Below the pieces are notes generated by a model that did not search any database, was not told where the DNA came from, and saw only the letters and a list, made by a program, of their open reading frames with translations. A program made the position numbers and the translations under genes. DNA of 64,000 bases from Clostridia bacterium (GTDB lineage: Bacteria; Bacillota; Clostridia; TANB77; CAG-508), in contig JAFSBT010000005.1 in assembly GCA_017437145.1 (NCBI GenBank), forward strand, positions 10,017 to 74,016, given 5' to 3'. Shown piece by piece: positions 50,312 through 59,156 of the stretch (the stretch's first letter is position 1; every line of letters begins with the position of its first letter).

Positions 50312-50923
50312 TTGAGAAATCCAGTAGGAATAAGTATGAAAAAAGATACAATAATGATTAGAATAAGTGAAGGAGCTGAATATAAAGAGATAATTGAATG
50401 TTTAAATAAAAAAATACCAGCTCTAAAAAAACTATACAGAGAAGAAAAAAATCCAATTAAAGTTACAGGAAAAATACTAAAAAACAAAGAAATTGAAGAT
50501 ATAAAAAAGATTATAAAAGATGAAATCGATGTTGATATAGAATTTGAGAGCCCGAATGAATTAGGTTTACATGGAATAAAAAAAGCATTCGAACAAGAAA
50601 TAAAAAATTCTGATACTAAATTTTACAAAGGAAGTGTTAGATCTGGTCAAAAAATAGAATTTGAAGGAAGCTTAGTTGTATTAGGAGATGTTAATGGAGG
50701 AGCAGAGGTAATTGCAGGAGAGAATATTGTTGTTTTGGGTGCATTAAGAGGATTAGCGCATGCAGGAGCAAAAGGAAATAAAATGGCAGTAATTGCAACA
50801 AACAAATTAGAATGTCCACAAATAAGAATTGCCAATATAGTAAAAGAAATAGAGAAAGAAGAGGCAGAAAACAACACATATAAATATGTATTTGTTGATA
50901 AAGAAGAGATTGTATTAGAATAA
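50312..50923 (+). CDS. minC: septum site-determining protein MinC
   Basis: C-terminal beta-helical MinC domain (GSLVVLGDVNGGAEVIAGENIVVLGALRGLAHAG). TTG start after aaggagg. Confidence 0.8.
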   Translation: MRNPVGISMKKDTIMIRISEGAEYKEIIECLNKKIPALKKLYREEKNPIKVTGKILKNKEIEDIKKIIKDEIDVDIEFESPNELGLHGIKKAFEQEIKNSDTKFYKGSVRSGQKIEFEGSLVVLGDVNGGAEVIAGENIVVLGALRGLAHAGAKGNKMAVIATNKLECPQIRIANIVKEIEKEEAENNTYKYVFVDKEEIVLE

Positions 50924-50934
50924 TTTAAAAATAT

Positions 50935-50982
50935 GTAGGGGTCGGTCTTGACCGACCCGGGCAGGTCAAGACCTGCCCCTAC
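50935..50982. repeat. compound REP-like element gtaggggtcggtcttgaccgacccgggcaggtcaagacctgcccctac directly after minC
   Basis: Two adjacent GC hairpins bounded by GTAGGGG/CCCCTAC, located where minD would be expected. Confidence 0.6.
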
Positions 50983-51160
50983 AAATTAGATATAAATTTT
51001 TTAAGACAATAACAACATTATCAAACATATAAATAACAGTTGGTCTTGCACACCTTCATTGTATAAGAAAAAAAGAAGACAAATTATTAAAATATCATCT
51101 GTTCCTAGCTTTATACCGAAAATTTCAATGCCGTCGAAACTAGAGTTGAGAAGAGGTAAA

Positions 51161-51529
51161 CTAAAGTTCTCCATCATTTTTCTTGTCACCACCCATAAAA
51201 GGAAATACTTCTAAAATTTTACTCATGTTTAACAGTTGAATGTATTGGTCAACTTTGTCTTGCCTACTTTCTTTTAAATAAGGTTTTAAAGATAATAAAA
51301 GATTCGAACGAGGGTCTTCCCTTGAATTCATTTTTTCAATGATAGATTTCATTCTTAGAATATTTTCAAAGTCAATGTTATTTGAAGATGATTGTTCTTT
51401 ATGAGTTTCTCCTTCTGCAACATTTGTATTATTTAGCATACCTAATAAATTATTAATCATATCAGGAGAAATCGAATTCTTATCAATATTAAATTTTTCA
51501 AATAGTTCAGAAAAATTATTATCGTTCAA
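51161..51529 (-). CDS. hypothetical protein
   Basis: ORF with TTG start after RBS aaagga. Forms a two-gene operon with the upstream small ORF. Confidence 0.4.
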   Translation of the reverse strand: MNDNNFSELFEKFNIDKNSISPDMINNLLGMLNNTNVAEGETHKEQSSSNNIDFENILRMKSIIEKMNSREDPRSNLLLSLKPYLKESRQDKVDQYIQLLNMSKILEVFPFMGGDKKNDGEL

Positions 51530-51549
51530 AATATATCCTTTCTATAATT

Positions 51550-51708
51550 ACTTTAAATTATTTTTATTTATTTCATTTAATATTTCATTTTTGTTTTTTG
51601 TTTTTAATATTTCATTGGCTTTAGCAAGCCCTTGTTCTAAATCTTTTTTATCCATTTTTGATAGCATTTTTAACAGGTTAGACATATCTAAGTTATTCAA
51701 TAAAATCA
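51550..51708 (-). CDS. small hypothetical protein (~47 aa, Lys-rich)
   Basis: atg at 51708 after RBS gaggtg (rc of cacctc). Ends 20 nt before the next gene's start. Confidence 0.3.
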
Positions 51709-51804
51709 CCTCTATAATAAAATATATGTAAGTAGTATTATAATATGCGAATAATAAAAAAAGGGTTACTGGTTATTAGTAATAATTAAATGACAAATCA
51801 AACT

Positions 51805-51831
51805 GTAGGGGCGAACTTCGTTCGCCCCTAC
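51805..51831. repeat. REP-like perfect hairpin gtaggggcgaacttcgttcgcccctac
   Basis: Canonical family member. Confidence 0.6.
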
Positions 51832-51957
51832 ACTAAATATGTTAATTACATACTAAACTACTGCAAAATATTAACTAATAAATTAAAAAAATTTTTCCAT
51901 TTCTATTGCACTTGAAAAATAAAAGTAGTATTATATTATGCGGAAGAGGTGTTGTAT

Positions 51958-53145
51958 ATGAGAAGTGTAGGAACAGTAGTTAGGGGAATAAGAACTCCTA
52001 TAATTAAAGCAAATGATGATTTAGCAAGTATAGTAGTAGACTCGCTATTAAAAGCAAAAGAAAGTGAAAAATTCGAATTTAAAGATAAAGATGTTGTTGC
52101 AATAACTGAAGCAGTAGTTGCAATATCAGAAAACAATTATGCAACAGTAGATGATATAGCACAAGATATTAAAACAAAATTTCCAAGTGGAAATATAGGA
52201 TTATTAAATCCAATATTAAGTAGAAATAGATTTTCAATATTGCTAAAAGCAATTGCTAGAGGTTGCAAACATATAACAATACAATTAAGCTTCCCAAGTG
52301 ATGAAGTTGGAAATGGAATTTTAGATGAAGATATTCTAGATAATAATGGATTAAATTTAGCAGATGTTATTACAGAACAAAAATATTCAGAGCTATTTAA
52401 AGATTATCTACACCCATTTACAGGAATTAACATGGTAGATTTTTATAGAGAACTTGTAAAAGAAGAGAATTGCGAAGTTGATTTTGTATTTAGTAATGAT
52501 ATAAAAACAATTTTACAATACAGCAAAGATGTTTTAGTATGTAATATTCATACAAGAGCAAAAACAAAGAAAATTCTTAAAGCTGTTGGAGGACAAACTA
52601 TATTAGGATTAGATGATATATTAAATGAATCTGTTAATGGAAGCGGATTTAATCCTATGTATGGACTTTTAGGTTCTAATAAAGCAACAGAGGAAAAAGT
52701 TAAATTGTTCCCAAAAGAAGGAGAAAAATTAGTTAATGCAATTCATACTTCATTAAAAGAAAAAACAGGAAAAAATATTGAAGTAATGGTTTATGGTGAT
52801 GGAGGATTTAAAGATCCAGTAGGAGGAATTTGGGAATTAGCAGACCCAGTTGTATCACCAGCATATACAAAAGGATTAGAAGGAACACCTAATGAATTAA
52901 AATTAAAATATTTATCAGATAATAAATTTGACAGTTTACATGGAGATGAGCTTAAACAAGCCATTGTAAGTGAAATTAAAGGAAAAGATAAAGATTTAAA
53001 AGGAACAATGCAAACACAAGGAACTACACCAAGAAGATTAACAGATTTAATTGGATCTTTATGTGATTTAACATCTGGAAGTGGAGATAAAGGAACTCCA
53101 GTTGTATTTATACAAGGATATTTCGATAACTTAGCAAGTGAATAA
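51958..53145 (+). CDS. CofE/FbiB-N-like (F420-0:gamma-glutamyl ligase fold) family protein, extended
   Basis: N-terminus VRGIRTPIIKANDDLASIVVDSL resembles the CofE family start. Assignment is tentative. Confidence 0.35.
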   Translation: MRSVGTVVRGIRTPIIKANDDLASIVVDSLLKAKESEKFEFKDKDVVAITEAVVAISENNYATVDDIAQDIKTKFPSGNIGLLNPILSRNRFSILLKAIARGCKHITIQLSFPSDEVGNGILDEDILDNNGLNLADVITEQKYSELFKDYLHPFTGINMVDFYRELVKEENCEVDFVFSNDIKTILQYSKDVLVCNIHTRAKTKKILKAVGGQTILGLDDILNESVNGSGFNPMYGLLGSNKATEEKVKLFPKEGEKLVNAIHTSLKEKTGKNIEVMVYGDGGFKDPVGGIWELADPVVSPAYTKGLEGTPNELKLKYLSDNKFDSLHGDELKQAIVSEIKGKDKDLKGTMQTQGTTPRRLTDLIGSLCDLTSGSGDKGTPVVFIQGYFDNLASE

Positions 53146-53218
53146 ATTTAATAAAAACACATTCACCTTTTTAATGTAAAGTACATAATATAGTACATAA
53201 AACATTAAAGAGGTGATT

Positions 53219-54472
53219 TTTTTGGCGGGATATATAATTGAAGGTGGAAAAAAGTTAAGTGGAAGTTTAACTGTATCGGGATCTAAAAATGCATCATTGC
53301 CAATTATTGCAGGAACAATTTTAATAAATGGAGTAACTACTTTATATAATGTTCCAGATATTAATGATATAAAAATAACATTAAAAATTTTAACTTTCCT
53401 AGGTTGTAAAGTACATAAAAAGAATGGCAAGGTAATTATTGATACACGTAAGATGCACAATCATGAAATTCCACATGACCTAATGAGGCAAATGAGATCT
53501 TCAGTAGTATTAGCAGGAGCAATAATAGGTAGATTTAAGAATGCGGCTTTTTCATATCCAGGAGGATGTGATATTGGTGCTAGACCAATTGATTTACATT
53601 TAAAGGGATTTCAAAAATTAGGCATAAAAATTGAAGAAAACAGTGGAAATATTAGATGTCGATGTGATAGAATAATAAATGGGAAAATCAACTTAGATTT
53701 TCCTTCAGTAGGTGCAACAGAAAATTTAATTTTTGCATCAGTTTTATCTGATGGAGAAACTATCATTTCTAATGCGGCAATGGAACCAGAAATAGTAGAT
53801 TTACAAAAGTTTTTAAATAAAGCAGGAGCAAAAATTTCTGGTGCAGGAACAAGTGAAATAAGAATTATAGGAGTAAAAAAATTAAACGAAATAAAATATA
53901 CTATAATGCCAGACAGAATTGAAGCAGGCACATTATTATGTGGTGCTGCTATAACAGGTGGATTTTTAGAATTAAAAAATGTAATACCAGAACACATAAG
54001 TCCGGTATTACATAAATTAGAAGAATGTGGTTGTAAAATACAAACAAGCAACCGAGTAATAACGTTAGAAGCACCTAAAAGATTACAAGCGGTTGATATA
54101 AAAACTACACCATATCCAGGCTTTCCAACAGATATGCAATCAGTTTTTTTATCAATACTAACAGTTGCTAAAGGAACTTCTGTAGTTATTGAAAATATAT
54201 TCGAGAATAGATTTAAATATACCAATGAATTAAAAAGAATGGGTGCAAAAATTACTATAGAGGGTAAAACCGCAGTTATAAAAGGTGCAAAAAAATTATG
54301 CGGAGCTCAAGTTAAATCAACAGATTTAAGAGGTGGGGCAGCTCTTGTTATTGCAGCATTAAGTGCAAAAGGTATAACAAAAATTGATGATATAGAGCAT
54401 ATATTGAGAGGCTATGAAAAAATAGATGTAAAACTTAATAGTATAGGGGCAGATATAAAATTATATAAATAA
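53219..54472 (+). CDS. murA: UDP-N-acetylglucosamine 1-carboxyvinyltransferase
   Basis: IEGGKKLSGSLTVSGSKNASLPIIAG start and catalytic Cys region (YPGGCDIGARPIDLH). Confidence 0.9.
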   Translation, partial: FLAGYIIEGGKKLSGSLTVSGSKNASLPIIAGTILINGVTTLYNVPDINDIKITLKILTFLGCKVHKKNGKVIIDTRKMHNHEIPHDLMRQMRSSVVLAGAIIGRFKNAAFSYPGGCDIGARPIDLHLKGFQKLGIKIEENSGNIRCRCDRIINGKINLDFPSVGATENLIFASVLSDGETIISNAAMEPEIVDLQKFLNKAGAKISGAGTSEIRIIGVKKLNEIKYTIMPDRIEAGTLLCGAAITGGFLELKNVIPEHISPVLHKLEECGCKIQTSNRVITLEAPKRLQAVDIKTTPYPGFPTDMQSVFLSILTVAKGTSVVIENIFENRFKYTNELKRMGAKITIEGKTAVIKGAKKLCGAQVKSTDLRGGAALVIAALSAKGITKIDDIEHILRGYEKIDVKLNSIGADIKLYK

Positions 54473-54496
54473 AATATATTTTGTAAGGAGATACGA

Positions 54497-55501
54497 ATGC
54501 CAAAAAAAGCCAAGGGTGAAAAAATAGAACTTTTATATGATAATAAAAAAAATAATAAAGTAAAAAATAAAAAGAAATCAACAAAAAAAACAAACAAGAA
54601 AATACCCAACAAAAAAAATAATATAATAAATTTAGATAATGAAATTGTAATTGGAATTACACCGAAACAGGAAAATAGAAATAAAAATAATAAGAAAAAA
54701 AATATTCACCCAAGGAATAGTGAAAAAAATAATAAGGTACAAAAGAAAAAAAATAATGTTAAAAAAGTAAAAAAGAAATCAACATTCAAGAAAAGAATTA
54801 TAAAATGGACAACCATATCTTTATTATTAATAACAGCACTTGTTTTATTTATGCTATCAGATGTTTTTAACATTAAACAAATTTCAGTAGAAAATAATAG
54901 TAAAGTTTCATCAGAAGAAATTATAAAATTATCAGGATTAATAATAGATGAGAATATGTTTAAAACACTAAATAAAAAAATAAAAGAAGGCATAAAAACA
55001 AATGCATATATAGAGAATGTAAAAATAAACAAAAATTTAAATGGAACAGTAATTTTATATGTTGAAGAGCGTGAGACTAGTTATATGTTACAATATGAAA
55101 ATTATTATGCATACATAAATAGCCAAGGATACATTTTAGAAGTTTCTGATATAAAATTAGATGTGCCTATGATTGCAGGATATAAAACTCCACTAGAAAA
55201 TATACAACCAGGTAATAGAATGAATAGTGAAGATTTAGAAACACTTGGCACAATTATAAAAATAATGCAAGAAGCTAATTCAAAAAAAATTAGAGATAAA
55301 ATAACTTATATAGATGTAACAAATGAAAATGATTATATAATCAAGATGGATAGTGAAGGAAAGACTATACATTTAGGAAATGAAAAAAATTTATATGAAA
55401 AATTTTTATGGATAGTAGAGCTATTAGTGCAAAAAGAAAATGTAAAAGGTGAGATGTTTCTACAGGATTTAGGAAAAATATATTTTAGAGATGAAGTATA
55501 A
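54497..55501 (+). CDS. ftsQ: cell division protein FtsQ/DivIB (POTRA domain) with ~95-aa Lys/Asn-rich N-terminal tract
   Basis: TM followed by POTRA (FNIKQISVENNSKVSSEEIIKLSGL) and FtsQ beta domain. Confidence 0.75.
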   Translation: MPKKAKGEKIELLYDNKKNNKVKNKKKSTKKTNKKIPNKKNNIINLDNEIVIGITPKQENRNKNNKKKNIHPRNSEKNNKVQKKKNNVKKVKKKSTFKKRIIKWTTISLLLITALVLFMLSDVFNIKQISVENNSKVSSEEIIKLSGLIIDENMFKTLNKKIKEGIKTNAYIENVKINKNLNGTVILYVEERETSYMLQYENYYAYINSQGYILEVSDIKLDVPMIAGYKTPLENIQPGNRMNSEDLETLGTIIKIMQEANSKKIRDKITYIDVTNENDYIIKMDSEGKTIHLGNEKNLYEKFLWIVELLVQKENVKGEMFLQDLGKIYFRDEV

Positions 55502-55538
55502 ATAAAAATTTTTATTAAAAAACAAGGAGGATATTTAA

Positions 55539-56264
55539 TTGAAAAAATATAATGCAGCTATAATTTTAGGTGTTACATGTTTAATTTTAGTTCTAGCTAT
55601 ATGTATACAAATAAGAACGATTGAAGAAGCAAGCAATGTGGTAGGTTCTTCATTAAATGATAATAGCGAAATGAAAGACAAGGTTCTAGAAGCTCAAGAA
55701 GACTATAAACAAATTTATTCTCAACTTGAAAAATCTAACAAAAAACTAGAAAAAATTAGACAATTAGCTACGTCAAATAGTCAGGAAGATGAATTGTTAA
55801 AATTAGAATTAGAAGATAATGATAAAGTACAAGGTTTAACAGATGTAAAGGGAAAAGGAGTAATAATAAATTTAGATGATAATAGAGAAGTTGATGAGAC
55901 AGAAGTACTAAATATAAGTTCATATTTGGTTCATGAAGAAGATTTGTTACAAATTATAAATGAACTTTTTAATGCAGGTGCAGATGCAATATCAATTAAT
56001 AATCAAAGAGTTGTAAGTACTACAGCAATTTTGTGCGATGGTAATATAATAAGAGTAAATGGAGAAATTATAAGTGTTCCAATAACTATAAAGGCTATAG
56101 GATATCCAGAAAGTCTATACTATGCATTAATGAGACCACAAGGATATTTAGATGTAATGCAAAAAGATGGAGTAATAGTTAAAGTTGAAAAATCTGATGA
56201 TATTACTATTTCAAAATATGAAGGTGTATATAACTATGACTATATTATAGGAGGTGACAAGTAA
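55539..56264 (+). CDS. DUF881 (YlxW/YlxX-type) division-associated protein
   Basis: GKGVIINLDD...LLQIINELFNAGADAISINNQRVVSTTAI DUF881 core. Confidence 0.7.
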   Translation: MKKYNAAIILGVTCLILVLAICIQIRTIEEASNVVGSSLNDNSEMKDKVLEAQEDYKQIYSQLEKSNKKLEKIRQLATSNSQEDELLKLELEDNDKVQGLTDVKGKGVIINLDDNREVDETEVLNISSYLVHEEDLLQIINELFNAGADAISINNQRVVSTTAILCDGNIIRVNGEIISVPITIKAIGYPESLYYALMRPQGYLDVMQKDGVIVKVEKSDDITISKYEGVYNYDYIIGGDK

Positions 56265-56966
56265 TTGGAAAAAAGGAACAAAATAATTTTTTCTATAATA
56301 TTAGGAGTAGTATGTTTTATTTTAACAATGGTTATTTTTCTGCAATTCAAAACAATTAGCCAAACAGATATTATTTCAATAGAATCTATGAGAGAAGAGG
56401 AATTGAAACAAGAACTTTCTACATATAAAACAAAATATGATGAAGTTGTAACAAAATTGGAAGAAAACAATAAAAAAATATTAGAATATGAAAAAAGCTT
56501 GTCATCAGAAGAAGAGGCTACAAATTTAATAAATAAAGAGTTGGAAGAATCTAACGATTTAATTGGAAAAAATTCTGTTCAAGGAGAAGGGATAATTATA
56601 ACGTTAACGGATACAAAAGATAGCAAAATAACAGCAAATGATTTGTTAACATTAATGAATGAATTAAAACAAGCAGGTGCAGAAGCAATTTCAATAAATG
56701 ACCAAAGAATAGTTTATAATACTTACATAGTAGATATAAATTATACATATATAAGCGTAAACGGTAAAAGAATAGTGTCTCCATATGTTGTAAAAGCTAT
56801 AGGAAATACAACATACCTGGAAAGTGCTTTATCACAAAAACAATATGGTTATATAGATAAAATGTTAGCCGCTAAAAAGAGTGTTGTTCTAGAAAGACAA
56901 AGTTTAATAGATATAGCAAATTACACAGGTGATTTAAGTTTTGAATATGTTAAGGAGGAAAAATAA
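56265..56966 (+). CDS. DUF881 (YlxW/YlxX-type) division-associated protein, tandem paralog
   Basis: GEGIIITLTD...LLTLMNELKQAGAEAISINDQRIV. Confidence 0.7.
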   Translation: MEKRNKIIFSIILGVVCFILTMVIFLQFKTISQTDIISIESMREEELKQELSTYKTKYDEVVTKLEENNKKILEYEKSLSSEEEATNLINKELEESNDLIGKNSVQGEGIIITLTDTKDSKITANDLLTLMNELKQAGAEAISINDQRIVYNTYIVDINYTYISVNGKRIVSPYVVKAIGNTTYLESALSQKQYGYIDKMLAAKKSVVLERQSLIDIANYTGDLSFEYVKEEK

Positions 56967-57352
56967 TGGTAATTTTAGCAATAATAATAGGATGTATAGT
57001 TGGAGCACTAGTAGGAATTAACCTACCAACAATTTCATATACATATTCAGGATATTTAGCAATAGGAATTATAGCTGCAATAGATTCGGTTTTTGGTGGG
57101 ATTACAGCTTCAATTAATGGAAAATTTGATTTAAGAGTTTTTGTTTCAGGATTTTTTGGAAATGCAATTTTAGCAATGTTATTAACATTACTAGGAGAAA
57201 AATTAAATGTGGACATATATTTAGCTGCAATTGTTGTTTTTGTATGGAGAATGTTTACAAACTTAGCAATTATTCGTAGACATTATATTGATAAATTAAT
57301 AAATAAAATGGAGAACAAGAAGAATGAGAATAAGAAAGAAAGCGTGGGTTGA
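56966..57352 (+). CDS. sbp: small basic protein Sbp (DUF1290)
   Basis: ~128-aa, four TM, basic C-terminus. Conserved ylxW-ylxX-sbp order. Confidence 0.75.
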   Translation: MVILAIIIGCIVGALVGINLPTISYTYSGYLAIGIIAAIDSVFGGITASINGKFDLRVFVSGFFGNAILAMLLTLLGEKLNVDIYLAAIVVFVWRMFTNLAIIRRHYIDKLINKMENKKNENKKESVG

Positions 57353-57980
57353 ACCAGAATTAAATGCATGTAACTTTTTTATAAAACAACCAAGTGAAAA
57401 CATAGGAAAATGGCAGGATGCTTTTAAGAGAAAACAACCTATACATTTAGAACTAGGATGTGGTAAAGGAAGTTTTATTGCAAAACTTGCGTCACAAAAT
57501 CAGAACATAAATTATATGGCAATTGATTTAATCAGTCAGATGTTAGGACTAGCAAAAAGAAATATAGAAGAAGAATATAAAGCGATAGATAGAGAAGTAG
57601 ATAATGTTTTGATAATGTCGCATGAAATAGAAATTATACAAAATATGATGAACGAAAATGATATCGTAGACAGAATTTATATAAATTTTTGCAATCCATG
57701 GCCAAAACCAAGACACAATAAAAAAAGATTAACACATACAAGACAACTTGAAAATTACAAAAAGTTCTTAAAAGATAATGGGGAAATTTACTTCAAAACA
57801 GATGATGACAATTTATTTAGAGCAAGTATAAAATATTTCGAAGAAGCAGGATTCAAAATTAAAAAAATAACTTATGATTTACATAGCGAGATGATTTGGG
57901 ATAACAACATAGAAACAGAACATGAGAAAATGTTTACAAAACAGGGGATAAAAATTAAAGCATTAATTGCTAAAAAATAG
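57324..57980 (+). CDS. trmB: tRNA (guanine46-N7)-methyltransferase
   Basis: SAM-binding LELGCGKGSF and TrmB core. Confidence 0.85.
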   Translation: MRIRKKAWVEPELNACNFFIKQPSENIGKWQDAFKRKQPIHLELGCGKGSFIAKLASQNQNINYMAIDLISQMLGLAKRNIEEEYKAIDREVDNVLIMSHEIEIIQNMMNENDIVDRIYINFCNPWPKPRHNKKRLTHTRQLENYKKFLKDNGEIYFKTDDDNLFRASIKYFEEAGFKIKKITYDLHSEMIWDNNIETEHEKMFTKQGIKIKALIAKK

Positions 57981-58020
57981 TTCTAATGTTTACTAGATAT
58001 ACAAAATGTGTAGAGTAAAT

Positions 58021-58046
58021 GTAGGGGCGACCATTGGTCGTCTGTG
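58021..58046. repeat. REP-like hairpin gtaggggcgaccattggtcgtc
   Basis: Family member with GTAGGGG. Confidence 0.5.
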
Positions 58047-58083
58047 TTTCAATGAATTATCTTATTTTTAATATATAAATTGC

Positions 58084-58190
58084 GCTAAAATATTAATTTT
58101 TGAAAATGACTATGCATTTGTCAAAAATTAATTATTTTAGCTTTTTAAATTTTGCTGAAAATTCTTTGAATTTCCAGCAAATCGAAATAA
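58084..58190. repeat. ~100-nt palindromic element, copy 2
   Basis: gctaaaatattaatttttgaaaatgactatgcatttgtcaaaaattaattattttagc + tttgctgaaaattctttgaatttccagcaaa. Confidence 0.5.
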
Positions 58191-58372
58191 TGTGTAAATT
58201 ATTTGAAGTTTGTTCTCGATATTTATTGTCTTAATGTTCTTTTAGATATTTTAGGGAAGATATGAATTAGATTTGTGATTTTTGCCAAAAAGGTATTTAC
58301 AAAAAGTAAAAATATGGTATAATAAAAATAGAAATGAGAAACCACAAACGTGGTTTGCCATTGTGTTAGTTA

Positions 58373-58413
58373 AAAAACGCATCTCAAAAGGCAATTACAG
58401 ATGCGTTTTTTTG
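58373..58413 (-). terminator. rho-independent terminator (minus strand) after small peptide gene
   Basis: aaaaaacgcatctcaaaaggcaattacagatgcgttttttt is a palindrome with A/T runs on both sides. Confidence 0.5.
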
Positions 58414-58417
58414 TTGT

Positions 58418-58537
58418 CTATTTTTGCTTACTTAATATCATGCAAATTGCAATAATTAAGGTAAGCAATATGATAGTTAATCCAATTAATGAATAAAATA
58501 ATATGTATATAATACTAATTAGAGCACTTTCTATCAT
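58418..58537 (-). CDS. 39-aa hydrophobic peptide with charged C-terminus (SKQK), strong SD; candidate small membrane protein/type I toxin-like
   Basis: rc reads ggaggtgaggcttATG ATAGAAAGTGCTCTAATTAGT..., encoding MIESALISIIYILFYSLIGLTIILLTLIIAICMILSKQK. Terminator follows. Confidence 0.3.
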   Translation of the reverse strand: MIESALISIIYILFYSLIGLTIILLTLIIAICMILSKQK

Positions 58538-58704
58538 AAGCCTCACCTCCTTTAGGAGGCAAACCACATCTGTTTATTCTCACTTCTGAAAGCATTATAC
58601 CAATAACTGGAAATAAAAGTCAATATAAAATTGGCAAAAAAACAAATTCTGAATTTGCAGGAATTTTTATGGTTTGATGAAAATTCAAGAATTTTCATCA
58701 AAAT

Positions 58705-58762
58705 TTTAAAAGCCAAAACAATTAATTTTTTGATAAATGAGAATTCATTTTCAAAAAATAAT
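58705..58762. repeat. partial inverted copy of the ~100-nt element core inside a long hairpin (gccaaaacaatt...aatgttttggc)
   Basis: The rc of ttttttgataaatgagaattcattttcaaaaaat matches the tttttgaaaatgaattctcatttgtcaaaaatt core at 63545. Confidence 0.45.
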
Positions 58763-58940
58763 GTTTTGGCTTAATATATATAATGAAAATGAAGATTATT
58801 TATAGAAAATGGTGGATACAAAGCTCAAATAGAAGATTTTTAATCAGATGAAAAATACGACACATTGAAAAATTATGTAAAGTATGATACAATAATATAG
58901 ACATTAACCTACAATGTAGGATTTTAAGGAGTGCAAAAAA

Positions 58941-59117
58941 ATGGAAAATGCCAAGGCTGATGTGCATTCAAAAGCATGGTATGACGGATGCGATGCATCA
59001 TTCGATGGAATTCTTCAACCTAATCTTACGGGAATGACGGAAGAAGAAATCCAAGATTTTAATGCAGGATATTTATATATGACGTTGCATGCCATAATGT
59101 ATTATTGTCCTGATTAA
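58941..59117 (+). CDS. small hypothetical protein (58 aa)
   Basis: RBS aaggag 8 nt upstream of ATG. Terminator after stop. Confidence 0.3.
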   Translation: MENAKADVHSKAWYDGCDASFDGILQPNLTGMTEEEIQDFNAGYLYMTLHAIMYYCPD

Positions 59118-59120
59118 GTG

Positions 59121-59153
59121 AAAAGCGGAAAGAGTTCTTCTTTCCGCTTTTTG
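59121..59153. terminator. bidirectional terminator shared with leuS
   Basis: aaaagcggaaagagttcttctttccgcttttt. Confidence 0.55.
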
Positions 59154-59156
59154 CTA

